A stretch of 64,000 nucleotides of DNA from Syntrophobacterales bacterium (GCA_018053845.1 JAGPKU010000001.1:22252-86251); one strand, 5' to 3'; shown: positions 38,319 to 49,114, counted from the stretch's first letter. Notes: a model not told the origin generated them from the sequence alone. Numbers and translations are program-made.

Positions 38319-39719
38319 TCAAAGCGCGCCTCCTCCCAGCACCCTGTAGAGCGTCACCAGGTTGGTGAGCCGCGCCAGTCTGACGGCAATGAGTCCCTGC
38401 TGTGCACTGTACAGAGAGCGCTGCGCATCCAGGACGCGCAGGTAACTGTCGATCCCCCTCGTGTAGCGCGCATCGGAGAGGCGATAGCTCACCTCGGAGG
38501 CCTCCACGAGCGACCGCTGGGCCTCGAGCTGTTCCCCGAGGGTTGCGCGCTGGGCCAGGGTATCGGCCACTTCCCGGAATCCCGCCTGGATCGCCTTCTC
38601 GTACTGGGCCAGGGCGATCTCCCGGTCCACCTTCGTCACGTCGTAGGCCGCCCACGTGCGGGCATCGAAGATCGGCACGACGATCTGTGGGATGAAGGCC
38701 CAGGTCTCGCTGCCGGACTTGAAGAGCCCGGAGAGCTGGTCGCTCGTGGTGCCGATGCTCGAGGTGAGCGTGATGCGGGGGAAGAAGGCCGCCCGGGCGG
38801 CGCCGATGTTCGCATGGGCCGCGCGGAGCTGATGCTCGGCCGCCGCGATGTCCGGGCGGCGCTGCAGCGCCTCGGAGGGCAGTCCGGGCGTAAAGTCCCG
38901 GGGCGCCGTCACTTCGCTCAGCGCGTCCGCCAGAAGCTCGGCCGGGACGGGCGAGCCGACCAGGAGCGTCAGGGCGTTCTCGTCGAGGGCCACCTGGCTC
39001 GTGTACCGGGCGATGTCGACCCGCGCCGCGTCGAGGCGGGTCTGCGCCTGGCGCAGGTCGAGATCGGAGGAGGCGCCGACCTCGGCGCGCCGCCGGATCA
39101 TCTCGTATGTCGCCTGCTGGGTCTCGAGGGTCGATTGGGCAAGCCTCAGATTCTCCCGGTCCGCGGCAAGGGCGAGGTAGACGTTGGCCACCTCGGCCAC
39201 CAGCGCGATCTGCGCGCCCGCGCGGGCCTGCTCCGTGGCCAGGTACTGCTCGAGTGCGGCATCCTTCAGGTTACGCAAACGACCGAAAAGATCGATCTCC
39301 CATTGGCTGACACCCACGTTGACGTTGTAGAGCTCCGTCGTTTTCGGCTGCCCGCTCTGCGAAAGAATGCCGGGCACCCGCTCCTTGCTGAACGTCGCGC
39401 CGGCGTTCACGGACGGGAGTAACTCGGCGCGCTGGATGCGGTAGAGGGCCTGCGTCCGCTCGACATTCAGGGCGGCCACGCGCAGGTCGCGGTTGTTGGA
39501 GAGCGCGAGGCCGATGACCTTCTGCAGTTTCCCGTCGACGAAGAAGTCCTTCCAGGGAACATCGGCGGGCACCTCCCCCGGCTTGGCCGCCTCATGCACG
39601 GGCGGGACGCCGCCCGGCCAGGCGGCGGGTACGGGGGCCTCCGGGCGCGTGTACGTCGGCGCCAGGCTGCAGCCTCCCAGGAGCGCAACGAACAGGAAAG
39701 GGAGAACGATCCTTCTCAT
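38319..39719 (-). CDS. RND efflux outer-membrane factor lipoprotein (NodT/OprM family)
   Basis: MRRIVLPFLFVALLGGC lipobox (ATG 39719, one nt after the RND stop). PTYTRPEAP...WP and WW/DLFGR-like motifs. Confidence 0.85.
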   Translation of the reverse strand: MRRIVLPFLFVALLGGCSLAPTYTRPEAPVPAAWPGGVPPVHEAAKPGEVPADVPWKDFFVDGKLQKVIGLALSNNRDLRVAALNVERTQALYRIQRAELLPSVNAGATFSKERVPGILSQSGQPKTTELYNVNVGVSQWEIDLFGRLRNLKDAALEQYLATEQARAGAQIALVAEVANVYLALAADRENLRLAQSTLETQQATYEMIRRRAEVGASSDLDLRQAQTRLDAARVDIARYTSQVALDENALTLLVGSPVPAELLADALSEVTAPRDFTPGLPSEALQRRPDIAAAEHQLRAAHANIGAARAAFFPRITLTSSIGTTSDQLSGLFKSGSETWAFIPQIVVPIFDARTWAAYDVTKVDREIALAQYEKAIQAGFREVADTLAQRATLGEQLEAQRSLVEASEVSYRLSDARYTRGIDSYLRVLDAQRSLYSAQQGLIAVRLARLTNLVTLYRVLGGGAL

Positions 39720-39720
39720 A

Positions 39721-42700
39721 TCACCGATCCTCTGATGGGGTTGCGTCATCCGGCCCGGCCGATTCCGGTCTTCCCCGCTTTCCGGAAAGGCGCTCCCGGA
39801 TCCCCGAGAGTCTCTCTTTCAGAGCTGCCAGGGTCGGGTTGGGGCCTCCCGCAGCGGCGGCGGGCCCTTTGCGGCCCTTGCCGATAAAGGTCTCGACGAG
39901 CACGAAGAAGAGGGGTGCAAAGAGAATCACCAGGACGGTGGCCGTGACCATCCCCCCCAAGACGCCCGTGCCGATGGCATTCATGGCCCCCGCCCCGGCG
40001 CCGGTCGCCACGGCCAGGGGCAAAACGCCGAACCCGAAGGCCAGCGAGGTCATGATGATGGGGCGGAAGCGCAGCCTCGCCCCCTCCAGGGTCGCCTCGA
40101 CCAGCCCCATCCCCTGTTCCACGCCCGCCTTGGCGAACTGGACGATCAGGATGGCGTTCTTGGTCGTCAGGCCCAGCGTGGTCAGAAGGCCGATCTGGAA
40201 GTAGACGTCATTGGGCAGCCCGCGCAGGGTCGAGGCGATGACGCCGCCGACCGCCCCCAAGGGAAGGACCAGCAGGACCGAGATGGGGATGGGCCAGCTC
40301 TCGTAGAGCGCCGCCAGGCACAGGAAGATCACGAAGATGGAGAAGGCGTACAGCAGGGGCGCCTGGGAACTCGACATCCGCTCCTGGTAGGATACTCCTT
40401 GCCAGTCGTACCCGATGCCCTGCGGCAGATCCTTTATGAACCGTTCCATGGCCAGCATGGTCTCGCCGGAACTGCTTCCCGGCGCCGCCTCGCCCACGAT
40501 GTTGATGGACGGGAACCCGTTGAACCGCTCCAGCTTCGGGGAACCGGAGGTCCATCGTCCGGATGCGAAGGAAGAAAAGGGAACCATTTTGCCCGTGTTG
40601 TTGCGGACGTAGAGCCTCTCCAGGTCGTTAGGCAGCATACGGTAAAGCGAGTCGGCCTGGACGTAGACGCGCTTGACGCGGCCTGCCTGGATGAAGTCGT
40701 TGACGTAGGCGCTCCCGAAGGCCGCCGCGATCGTGTTGTGGATAGAGGTGATGGGCACTCCCAGGACGCCGGCCTTGTCCCAGTCGATGTCCACCCGGTA
40801 CTCGGGAACGTCCTCGAGGCCGTTGGGGCGGACCTTCGTCATCACCGGGTCCCTGGCCGCCATGCCGAGGAGCCGGTTGCGAGCCTCCATGAGCCCGGCA
40901 TGTCCCAGGCCGCCCCGGTCCAGCAGCTGGAAGTCGAACCCCCTGGCCTGCCCCAGTTCGACGACCGCGGGGGGCGCGAAGGCGAACACCATGGCGCCGC
41001 GGATTTTCGAGAATTCGCCCATGGCCCTGCCCGCCACGGCGCCGACCTTCAGGTGGGACCCGCTGCGCAGATGCCAGTCTTTCATCTTGACGAAAGCCAG
41101 CCCCGCGTTCTGGCCCCGGCCGGCAAACGCGGTGCCGGAGACAGCCATGACGGACTCGACGGCATCCTTCTCCTGCTCGAGAAAATAGTCCCTCACCCGT
41201 CCCATCACCTCATCGGTCTGCTCCAGCGTCGAGTTGGCCGGGAGCAGCGCCTGCACCAGCACGATCCCCTGGTCCTCGTCCGGCAGGTACGCCGTGGGCA
41301 TGCGAACGAACAGGATGCCCATGGCCGCAACGATCACGGCAAACACGGCGATGTAGCGCGCCTTGTCGGCGACGGATCGCTTGACCAGCCGCATGTAAAG
41401 GTCCCGGCTCTGGAAGAACCGGCGGTCGAACCACAGAAAGAACGGGCGCAGAAACCAGATGGAGCTCTCCGCCGGCTCGTGGCCCTTGGGGACCGGCTTG
41501 AGGAGCGACGCGCAGAGCACCGGCGTCAGGATCAGGGCCACCAGCACCGACAGCAGCATGGCGGATATGACGGTGATGGAAAACTGGCGGTAGATGACTC
41601 CCGTCGATCCGGGGAAGAAGGCCATGGGCCCGAAGACGGCCGAGAGCACGAGCCCGATGCCGATCAGCGCACTCGTGATCTGGTCCATGGACTTCGCCGT
41701 GGCCTCCCGGGGCGAGAGGCCCTCCTCGCCCATGATCCGCTCCACGTTCTCGACAACGACGATGGCATCGTCGACCAGCAGGCCGATGGCCAGCACCATG
41801 GCGAACATGGTCAGCATGTTGATGGAGAACCCGAAGAGCCCCAGGACCCCGAAGGTCCCCAGGATGACGACGGGCACGGCGATGGTCGGAATCAGGGTCG
41901 CCCGCAGGTTCCCCATGAAGAGGTACATGACCAGGAACACGAGGACGATCGCCTCGAAGAGCGTCTTGACCACCTCGTTGATGGCCACCCGGACGAATGG
42001 GGTTGTGTCGTAGGGGTAGATGACCTTCATTCCCGGGGGGAAGAACCGGCTCATCTCGTCCATCTTGTTCCGGACGTTTTCGGCCGTCTGCAGGGCGTTG
42101 GCCCCCGCGGCCTGGCGGACGGCCAGCGCGGCGGCGGGCTTGCCGTTGTACTCGGCCTGGATGTCGTAGGTCTCGGTCCCCAGCTCAGTCCGCCCCACGT
42201 CGCTGATGCGGACGACGGAGCCGTCGGGGTTGGTGCGCAGGGGAATCGCGGCAAACTCCTCCGGCGTCTTGAGCAGGCTCTGGACGATGATCGCCGCATT
42301 GAGGCGCTGCCCTTTCACGGCAGGCGCACCGCCGAACTGCCCTGCCGAGACTTCCACGTTGTAGGCCCGGAGCGACGCGATCACGTCCTGAATCGTCATC
42401 CCGTAATTGGTGAGCTTGTCGGGATTGAGCCAGATACGCATGGCGTATTGCGACCCGAAGAACTCCACCTCGCCGACGCCGGGAACCCTCGAGAGCACTT
42501 TTTCCAGATTGGACTGGGCGTAGTCGCGCAGGTCGTTGCCGTCCATGCTCCCGTCTTCCGAGATCAGGCCCACGATCATCAGCCAGTTCCGGGTGGACTT
42601 GCTGACCTTGACGCCCTGGGCGGCGACGACCTCCGGAAGATTCGCCATGGCGAGCTGCAGCTTGTTCTGCACCTGCGCCCACGCCAGGTCCGGGTCGGTC

Positions 42701-42993
42701 CCCGGGGCGAAGGTCAGCTCGATGCGGGACTGTCCGGACGAGTCGCTCACGGCGGAGAGGTAAAGCAGTCGGTCGAAGCCCGTCATCTTCTGCTCGATGA
42801 TCTGCGTCACGCTGTTCTCGACGGTCTCCGCCGAGGCGCCCGGGTAGAAGGCCGTGATGGCGATGGACGGCGGGGCGATGGGGGGGTACTGCGAGACGGG
42901 CAGATTGTAGATCGCAAGCCCGCCCCCCGCCATCGTCATAATGGCAATGACCCAAGCGAAGACGGGGCGATCCAGAAAGAATCTCGACAGCAT
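39721..42993 (-). CDS. RND multidrug efflux permease (AcrB/MexB family)
   Basis: [18 protein letters not shown]...[12 protein letters not shown]; 1090 aa with the 12-TM architecture. Confidence 0.95.
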   Translation of the reverse strand: MLSRFFLDRPVFAWVIAIMTMAGGGLAIYNLPVSQYPPIAPPSIAITAFYPGASAETVENSVTQIIEQKMTGFDRLLYLSAVSDSSGQSRIELTFAPGTDPDLAWAQVQNKLQLAMANLPEVVAAQGVKVSKSTRNWLMIVGLISEDGSMDGNDLRDYAQSNLEKVLSRVPGVGEVEFFGSQYAMRIWLNPDKLTNYGMTIQDVIASLRAYNVEVSAGQFGGAPAVKGQRLNAAIIVQSLLKTPEEFAAIPLRTNPDGSVVRISDVGRTELGTETYDIQAEYNGKPAAALAVRQAAGANALQTAENVRNKMDEMSRFFPPGMKVIYPYDTTPFVRVAINEVVKTLFEAIVLVFLVMYLFMGNLRATLIPTIAVPVVILGTFGVLGLFGFSINMLTMFAMVLAIGLLVDDAIVVVENVERIMGEEGLSPREATAKSMDQITSALIGIGLVLSAVFGPMAFFPGSTGVIYRQFSITVISAMLLSVLVALILTPVLCASLLKPVPKGHEPAESSIWFLRPFFLWFDRRFFQSRDLYMRLVKRSVADKARYIAVFAVIVAAMGILFVRMPTAYLPDEDQGIVLVQALLPANSTLEQTDEVMGRVRDYFLEQEKDAVESVMAVSGTAFAGRGQNAGLAFVKMKDWHLRSGSHLKVGAVAGRAMGEFSKIRGAMVFAFAPPAVVELGQARGFDFQLLDRGGLGHAGLMEARNRLLGMAARDPVMTKVRPNGLEDVPEYRVDIDWDKAGVLGVPITSIHNTIAAAFGSAYVNDFIQAGRVKRVYVQADSLYRMLPNDLERLYVRNNTGKMVPFSSFASGRWTSGSPKLERFNGFPSINIVGEAAPGSSSGETMLAMERFIKDLPQGIGYDWQGVSYQERMSSSQAPLLYAFSIFVIFLCLAALYESWPIPISVLLVLPLGAVGGVIASTLRGLPNDVYFQIGLLTTLGLTTKNAILIVQFAKAGVEQGMGLVEATLEGARLRFRPIIMTSLAFGFGVLPLAVATGAGAGAMNAIGTGVLGGMVTATVLVILFAPLFFVLVETFIGKGRKGPAAAAGGPNPTLAALKERLSGIRERLSGKRGRPESAGPDDATPSEDR

Positions 42994-43005
42994 CGGGCGC
43001 CTCCC

Positions 43006-44208
43006 TCAGTTCGACTTCGCGGCCGGTGGCGCTGCGGTCTTGCGGTCTCCCGCCTTCGCCTCCGTAAAGGGGACGGCCCTGACGGTGCTGCCGGGCCTGA
43101 CCTTCTGCACGCCCTCGACGATGACCCGGTCGCCCGGCGCAAGTCCCGCCGAGACGAGCCACTTGTCGCCGATCGTGCGTTCCAGAGTGAGCACTCGCTG
43201 CTGGACTTTGCTCTCGGCGTCGACGACCAGGGCAAGGGGATTGCCTTTCGGATCGCGGCTGACGCCCTGCTGCGGGACGAGCAGGGCCTTCTCGTTGACG
43301 CCTTCCTCCAGGACGGCTCGAGCGAACATGCCGGGAAGCAGGATGCGCTTCGGGTTGGGGAAAATCGCCCTCAGGATCAATGACCCGGTCGTAGGATCCA
43401 CAGTGACGTCCCGGAATTGAAGTGTCCCCTCCAGGGGATAGGGCGTGCCGTCTTCCAGGATGAGTTTGGCCCGCGCCCGGTTTTCGCGGTCCCTCTTGAG
43501 AGTGCCTTTCGCAAAGCTTTCCTGCAGCCGCAACAGGCTGGCGCTCGACTGGGTGACGTCGACATAGACCGGGTCGATCTGCTGAATGGTCGCGAGGGGC
43601 ACCGGCTGGTTGGCCGTCACCAGCGCACCCTCGGTGACCGACGATTTGCCGATGCGACCGGTGATCGGCGCGGTCACGCGTGTGTAGGCCAGGTTGATCC
43701 GGGCGGCCTCCACGGCCGCATTGCCGGCCTCGATCTCGGCCTCGGCCTGCTTGAGCGCAGCGACGGCATCGTCGTATTCCTGGCGGCTTACCGCCTTGAT
43801 TTCCACCAGCTCCTTGTACCGCTCCGCCCGGAAGCGGATGGAGGTCACGTTGGCCTCCGCCCGGGCGAGTGCCGCCCTGGCGCTGTCGTAGGCGGCCTGG
43901 TAGGTGGAGGGGTCGATCTGGTAGAGCACCTCGCCCGCCTTCACGTCGGAGCCCTCCTTGAAGAGCCTCTGCTGGATGATGCCGCTCACCTGGGGCCGCA
44001 CCTCGGCGATCAGGAAAGCCGAAACCCGTCCCGGGAGTTCCGTCTTGATCGCAACCCGCTCGGGCTTCATCTCCACAAAGGCCACTTCCGGCGGTCCGGC
44101 CTGCCCCTGCGCCTTTCCCGCGGAACCCTGGCCGCAGCCGGCCGGAATCCACGCAGCGGCCAGAAGCCCCGCAATCGCGATCAACCGGTATCCTCGACGG
44201 ATCTGCAT
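43006..44208 (-). CDS. RND efflux periplasmic adaptor (AcrA/MexA family MFP)
   Basis: Internal start MQIRRGY...AGC (lipobox). RVSAFLIAEVRPQVSGII and coiled-coil hairpin motifs. Confidence 0.9.
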   Translation of the reverse strand: MQIRRGYRLIAIAGLLAAAWIPAGCGQGSAGKAQGQAGPPEVAFVEMKPERVAIKTELPGRVSAFLIAEVRPQVSGIIQQRLFKEGSDVKAGEVLYQIDPSTYQAAYDSARAALARAEANVTSIRFRAERYKELVEIKAVSRQEYDDAVAALKQAEAEIEAGNAAVEAARINLAYTRVTAPITGRIGKSSVTEGALVTANQPVPLATIQQIDPVYVDVTQSSASLLRLQESFAKGTLKRDRENRARAKLILEDGTPYPLEGTLQFRDVTVDPTTGSLILRAIFPNPKRILLPGMFARAVLEEGVNEKALLVPQQGVSRDPKGNPLALVVDAESKVQQRVLTLERTIGDKWLVSAGLAPGDRVIVEGVQKVRPGSTVRAVPFTEAKAGDRKTAAPPAAKSN

Positions 44209-44219
44209 GCAACACCTCT

Positions 44220-44825
44220 TCAATTTGATGGGATCCCTGCGGCCCCTGTTCTCCTGACCCCGTCCCAACAGGCCTCGATGACCTGCGCGATCCCCGCGTC
44301 ATCCAGGGAAAGAAGACCCAGAATGTGATCCCGGATCAGGACGATCAGGGGACCGAAGCTCAGCGCGAAATGCATGAAAATGGGCAATTCCTTCAGGACC
44401 TCCTGCGCCATCCCCTCCTCGAAGATGCTCTGGAAGAACAGACTGCCCTCGTCCGCCTGGCCGATCAGGCGTTCCCTCTTGAGGGCAATCCCGAAGGGGG
44501 AGTTCATGTACTGCTCCATGTAGCGGAAATGCAGGGGGTTGGCGATGAAATAGCGCATCACCGCGGCACCGACATGGAGAAACCGCACCCGGATGGGGTC
44601 CGCATCGGAGTACCCCTCCCTCAGGCAGGAAAGGAGCCTGCCCTCCAGCTCCCGATACAGCTCGGTAATGAGCGCCTCCTTGCTCTCGAAATAGCGATAG
44701 ATCGTGCCGGCGCCCACGCCTGCCCGGTCGGCGATCATGGACATCGGCGCCCCGTGAAACCCGTGCTCCGCGATGAGCAGCAGGGCCGCCTGCAAGATCT
44801 CCTTTCTCTTGTCCGAGTTTCTCAT
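44220..44825 (-). CDS. TetR/AcrR family transcriptional repressor
   Basis: ATG at 44825. KRKEILQAALLLIAEHGFHGAPMSMIADRAGVGAGTIYRYFESKEAL is the TetR HTH. An 18-bp perfect palindrome lies 27 nt upstream. Confidence 0.9.
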   Translation of the reverse strand: MRNSDKRKEILQAALLLIAEHGFHGAPMSMIADRAGVGAGTIYRYFESKEALITELYRELEGRLLSCLREGYSDADPIRVRFLHVGAAVMRYFIANPLHFRYMEQYMNSPFGIALKRERLIGQADEGSLFFQSIFEEGMAQEVLKELPIFMHFALSFGPLIVLIRDHILGLLSLDDAGIAQVIEACWDGVRRTGAAGIPSN

Positions 44826-44851
44826 GGCCCGGTCTGTATGCCACCCATTTC

Positions 44852-44869
44852 GGAATGAACGTTCATTCC
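44852..44869. promoter_or_regulatory. 18-bp perfect palindrome, probable TetR operator
   Basis: GGAATGAACGTTCATTCC, 27 nt upstream of the tetR start in the tetR/FAS-like divergent region. Confidence 0.6.
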
Positions 44870-45053
44870 CTATACGCTCACTTTCCCCACCTGTAAAGGA
44901 TTTTTTTAGCCCTTTTGCTGTATACCCCCCTTCCCAGTGTGAAGCGAAGTACACACCCCCGAACCCCCTCCCTTGCCCCCGGCCACTGGCCAATTTGATG
45001 ATTTCAAAATATATTCCAAATAGTTACATTCATCTTCACGGATCGCAATTCCC

Positions 45054-45069
45054 TGGCACAACGGTTGCT
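45054..45069 (+). promoter_or_regulatory. Sigma-54 (-24/-12) promoter for the FAS-like locus
   Basis: TGGCACAACGGTTGCT is an exact match to TGGCAC-N5-TTGCW. 78 nt upstream of ATG 45147. Confidence 0.75.
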
Positions 45070-45146
45070 CATACACGGCCGGGTTGCCGGGAGGCGGCTC
45101 GATGTTCGAAGAGAGAAGAGAAGAAGCATCGAAGGAGACGACAGGA

Positions 45147-46091
45147 ATGGCTGACGGCAAGACCGCCATCGTATTTCCGGGACAGGGTTCCCAGCGACAC
45201 GGGATGGGCAGGGACTTCTACGAGAGCATCCCCGAATGCCGCCGGGTCTACGAGCAGGCCTCCGACGCCCTGGGGTGGGACGTGGCGGCGCTGTGCTTCG
45301 GAGAGGACGAGAGGCTCAACCTGACCGCCTACGCCCAGCCGAGCATCGTGGCGACGGAGATCGCCATGCTGAAGGCCGTCATCGAGAAGTACGGCATCAC
45401 CCCCGACGTGTTCGGCGGGCACAGCCTCGGCGAGTACACGGCCCTGGTGGCCGCGGGCGTGCTGCCGCTCGAGACGGTGCTGCGCATCGTCCACATCCGC
45501 GGCAGCCTCATGCAGGAAGCCGTCCCGGCGGGAGAGGGAGCGATGGCCGCCGTCATCCGCAAGGACCTCAACACCCGGATGATCCGCGAGCTGCTCGCCG
45601 ATCTGCCCATCGACGTGGCGAACATCAACTCGCCCAACCAGATCGTCATCAGCGGCCGCTCCAAGGCCATGCCCGAGGCCGAGGAGCGCCTCGCGAAGGC
45701 CCTGGCCGACGAGAACCCGACGCGGTTCGTGGCCCTCAACGTGAGCGCCCCCTTCCACAGCCGCTTCATGCAAACCATCGAGGAGCCCTTCGAGGGGGAG
45801 CTGGCCTGCGTGCGCAGGCAGATGAAGGCCGAAAACGCCGTAAGGGTGACCTCCAACTTCACGGGCGGCTTCCACTCCCCCGACAGGGAAGAGGTGATCG
45901 AGCGTCTCGTGGCGCAGCTCTCGGGCACCGTCCAGTGGTGCGACAACATGAGGGCCATCGCCTCGCAGGCGGACACCGTCTACGAAATCGGCCCCAACCG
46001 TCCCCTCCGGGACTTCTTCAAAACGATCGGCGTGACCTGCATCTCGCTGACCACACTCTCCTCCGCCGAGAGGACCTTCGCCGGCAACTGA
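45147..46091 (+). CDS. Malonyl-CoA:ACP transacylase-like acyltransferase (FabD-like)
   Basis: ATG 45147 after gaaggaga. Motifs: FPGQGSQ, GHSLGEY (Ser nucleophile), APFHS. Confidence 0.85.
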   Translation: MADGKTAIVFPGQGSQRHGMGRDFYESIPECRRVYEQASDALGWDVAALCFGEDERLNLTAYAQPSIVATEIAMLKAVIEKYGITPDVFGGHSLGEYTALVAAGVLPLETVLRIVHIRGSLMQEAVPAGEGAMAAVIRKDLNTRMIRELLADLPIDVANINSPNQIVISGRSKAMPEAEERLAKALADENPTRFVALNVSAPFHSRFMQTIEEPFEGELACVRRQMKAENAVRVTSNFTGGFHSPDREEVIERLVAQLSGTVQWCDNMRAIASQADTVYEIGPNRPLRDFFKTIGVTCISLTTLSSAERTFAGN

Positions 46092-46152
46092 CCGGGAAGG
46101 CGCCGCCCCCTGCGGGGATCATCCGAACACGCACACACGCAAGGAGAACGCC

Positions 46153-47355
46153 ATGGATTTCCGCCTCAGTGAAGACCAGCAGATGTACGTCGACACGGTC
46201 CGGCGATTCGTGAAAAACGAGATCCTCCCGAACATCCTGCAGATCGACAAGTCGCACGAGTTCCCCTACGGGATCATCGCCAAGGCCTGGGAGCTGGGCA
46301 TCCTCAACCTGAGCGTGCCCAGGGAGGTGAAGGGGTTCGAGATCGACGCCGTCTCCTCGGCCCTCATCATCAAGGAGCTCTCCTACGGCGACACGGGCAT
46401 CTCCACCTCGGCGATGTGCAACGACCTGGCCAACACGGTCATCGCCCAGCACGGCAGCGAGAAGCAGAAGCAGGACTTTCTGGGGCCCTTCGTCCAGGCG
46501 CCCCTGCTGGCCTCGTTCTGCCTCACCGAGCCCGGCGCCGGGTCGGACAACTCCTCCATGAGCACCTTCATCGCCAAGGGCGCCGACGGCCGGTACGTCC
46601 TCAACGGCGCCAAGTGCTTCATCACCAACGCCTCCTACGCCGGCCAGTTCACCGTCTTCTGCAAGGTCGGCAAGCCCACGGCGCAGCTGCTGGCCTGCTG
46701 CATCGTGCCGACGGAGGAGATGTTCCGCGACGGCAGGCCCAACCTGCCCGCGAAGCCCCAGACGGAGCTCACGGCCCGGGGCGGCGGCCGGATCGTCCTC
46801 GGCAAACCCGAGGAAAAGCTCGGCCAGCACCTCTCCAACACGGCCACGGTCACCTTCGAGGACGTGATCGTCGACGAGAGCCAGATCATCGGCGACCGCC
46901 GCCGGGGCTTCAAGTACCTCATCGACGTGCTCGACTACGCCCGGCCCATGGTGGCCGCCATCGGCGTGGGCCTGGCCCGCCGGGCCCTCGACCTGACCCT
47001 GCAGTACACCCGCGAGCGCAAGCAGTTCGGGCAGCGGATCTGCGACATGCCCGTGGCGAGGGAGACGCTCGTCGCCATGTGGAAGAAGGTGGAGCTGGCG
47101 GAGCTGGCCCTCATGAAGGCGGCCGTGAAGGTCCAGGAGCGCGACGAGGACCGCGGGATGTACTCGTCGCTGGCGAAGAACACCGCCGCCGAGGCGGCCC
47201 TGTTCTGTGCCAACGAGGGGCTGCACCTGCACGGCGGCTACGGCTTCATGCAGGAGTACGAGATCTCGAAGCTCGTGCGCGACGCCCACATCATCGACAT
47301 CTACGAAGGCGTGCGCGAGGTGCAGCACATGATCATCGGCAGGGAACTGGTCTAG
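46153..47355 (+). CDS. Acyl-CoA (or acyl-ACP) dehydrogenase family flavoprotein
   Basis: CLTEPGAGSD, FITNA, and IYEGVREVQ (catalytic Glu region). Contains a ~40-aa insertion (PTEEMFRDGRPNLPAKPQTELTARGGGRIVLGKPEEKLG). Confidence 0.88.
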   Translation: MDFRLSEDQQMYVDTVRRFVKNEILPNILQIDKSHEFPYGIIAKAWELGILNLSVPREVKGFEIDAVSSALIIKELSYGDTGISTSAMCNDLANTVIAQHGSEKQKQDFLGPFVQAPLLASFCLTEPGAGSDNSSMSTFIAKGADGRYVLNGAKCFITNASYAGQFTVFCKVGKPTAQLLACCIVPTEEMFRDGRPNLPAKPQTELTARGGGRIVLGKPEEKLGQHLSNTATVTFEDVIVDESQIIGDRRRGFKYLIDVLDYARPMVAAIGVGLARRALDLTLQYTRERKQFGQRICDMPVARETLVAMWKKVELAELALMKAAVKVQERDEDRGMYSSLAKNTAAEAALFCANEGLHLHGGYGFMQEYEISKLVRDAHIIDIYEGVREVQHMIIGRELV

Positions 47356-47398
47356 GCGCGAAGCGCCGGGCGCAGGAGAAAAAAACAGGGTGCGCCCG

Positions 47399-47473
47399 AC
47401 GGAGCGAGGAAGAGCGGAGCACCCCGAATCATTGCGTTATCCGAGCTTCCTGACTTCCCGACTTCCTGGCTTC
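47399..47473. repeat. Heptad hairpin element, family D, in the ACAD/KAS III spacer
   Basis: ACGGAGCGAGGAAGAGCGGAGC faces CCGAGCTTCCTGACTTCCCGACTTCCTGGCTTC. A 17-nt exact match (CCGAGCTTCCTGACTTC) to 52080-52096. Confidence 0.85.
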
Positions 47474-47525
47474 ACGCACGGCCGTCACTGGCTGTCACAA
47501 CAGGCGAAGGATCATCAAGAAGGCA

Positions 47526-48515
47526 ATGCTGTACTTACACGGACTGGGGCACTTCTACCCGGAAAACGTGATCACCAACCGCTTCCTGAGCGACCTGGAC
47601 ATCGGCTCGAGCGAGGAGTGGATCGAGGAGCGCGTGGGGATCCGCGAACGCCGCACGGTGCTGCCCCTGGACTACATCCGGGCCACGAAGAACCGCGACG
47701 TCCGCGCCGCCCAGGAGGCGAGCCTCTACACCAACGGCCGGACGGCGGCGGCCGCCGCCCGCATGGCCCTCGAGCGCGCGGGGCTCGCCGCCGGGGATAT
47801 CGGCATGGTGATCTCCGGCAGCTCGGCCCCCGACGTGGCCTCGCCGGCCGAGGCCTCCACGGTGGCCGCCGAGCTGGGGATCGACGTGCCCGCCTTCGAC
47901 ATGAACTCGGCCTGCACGAGCTTCGCGCTGCAGGTCCATTTCCTCTCGAACCTGAACCCGGGGGCCCTCCCCCCGTACATCCTGATCACGCAGCCCGAGA
48001 ACCTGACGCGCTGCCTCGACTACTCGGATCGCCGCTCGGCATGCCTCTTCGGCGACGGGAGCACCGCCGCCGTCGTGTCGCCGACCGTGCCGTCCGACAA
48101 GGTCCTCGACGCCACGCACTTCGACGCCAAGCCCTCCTGCTGGGACAAGGTGTCGATCCGCCGAACAGGCCACTTCGGCCAGGACGGCAACGCCGTGCAG
48201 GGGTTCGCCATCCGCAAGACCACCGATGCCCTGCGCGTCATCCAGGCGGTCAACCCCTCGCTCAACGGGCACCTGAAGTTCATCGGACACCAGGCCAACC
48301 TCGGCATGCTGAAAACCGTCTGCGAGCGATGCGGGATCGGCCCCGAGAACCACTGGCACAACGTCGAGCTCTTCGGAAACACGGCCACGGCCGGGGCCCC
48401 GGGGTCGCTGAGCCTTCATTGGCGGGATCTCAGGCCCGGCGACCACGTGGCCCTCGTGCAGGTGGGCGCGGGGCTGTCCTGGGGCCACATGATGCTGACG
48501 GTCAAGGAGCGCTGA
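47526..48515 (+). CDS. 3-oxoacyl-ACP synthase III (FabH-like KAS III)
   Basis: NSACTSF (Cys), IGHQANLGM (His-x-x-Asn region), GNTATAG (Asn). Confidence 0.85.
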   Translation: MLYLHGLGHFYPENVITNRFLSDLDIGSSEEWIEERVGIRERRTVLPLDYIRATKNRDVRAAQEASLYTNGRTAAAAARMALERAGLAAGDIGMVISGSSAPDVASPAEASTVAAELGIDVPAFDMNSACTSFALQVHFLSNLNPGALPPYILITQPENLTRCLDYSDRRSACLFGDGSTAAVVSPTVPSDKVLDATHFDAKPSCWDKVSIRRTGHFGQDGNAVQGFAIRKTTDALRVIQAVNPSLNGHLKFIGHQANLGMLKTVCERCGIGPENHWHNVELFGNTATAGAPGSLSLHWRDLRPGDHVALVQVGAGLSWGHMMLTVKER

Positions 48516-49114
48516 TGACCTACCGGGAATTCATGGACAGGGACCATTTCGATCTGACGGAGATCCTCGCGATCGTCTACGGCAACCTCGTTTCCGATGC
48601 GCCCCAGGGCATGGACGCGAAGCTGCCCGCGCCGCCGCTTCTCATGGTCGACCGGATCCTCTCCATCACGAAGGACAACCGCCACGGGGCGATCGTGGCC
48701 GAGCAGGACGTCCGGCTCGACGCCTGGTACTTCCAGTGCCACCTGCCGGGCGACCCGGTCCAGCCGGGCTGCCTCTGCGTGGACGCCGTCTGGCAGCTTT
48801 TGGGCTTCTACTGCCTCTGGCGCGGGGCCCTGGGAACCGGCAGGGCCCTGGGCTGCGGCGAGGTCTTCTTCAGCGGCCAGATCCGGCCCTACAACAGGGT
48901 GGTGCGCCATGAAATCGCCGTCAAGCGCTTCCAGCACCTGAAAGACTCCGGGGCCAGCATCGTCATCGCCGACGCGAACATCCTCGTCGACGGCGATCTC
49001 ATCATGACCGTGAAGGACGCCCGCACGGGTGTCTTCCACGGGATCGCCTACCCGGACTACCCCCACAAATCCAAAAACGCCGTCGGCGGCATCATGATGA
49101 AGGAGAAGCCATGA
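48515..49114 (+). CDS. FabA-like 3-hydroxyacyl-ACP dehydratase/isomerase
   Basis: ATG 48515 overlaps the KAS III stop (TGATG). LPAPPLLMVDRI, WYFQCHLPGDPVQPGCLCVDAVWQL (FabA His and Asp), GEVFFSGQIRP. Confidence 0.85.
   Translation: MTYREFMDRDHFDLTEILAIVYGNLVSDAPQGMDAKLPAPPLLMVDRILSITKDNRHGAIVAEQDVRLDAWYFQCHLPGDPVQPGCLCVDAVWQLLGFYCLWRGALGTGRALGCGEVFFSGQIRPYNRVVRHEIAVKRFQHLKDSGASIVIADANILVDGDLIMTVKDARTGVFHGIAYPDYPHKSKNAVGGIMMKEKP

Noticed and set aside
40399-44302. Long ORFs 40399..43383 (+) and 42185..44302 (-)
   Set aside because: These are shadow or alternative frames over the RND permease and MFP genes, with no motifs of their own.
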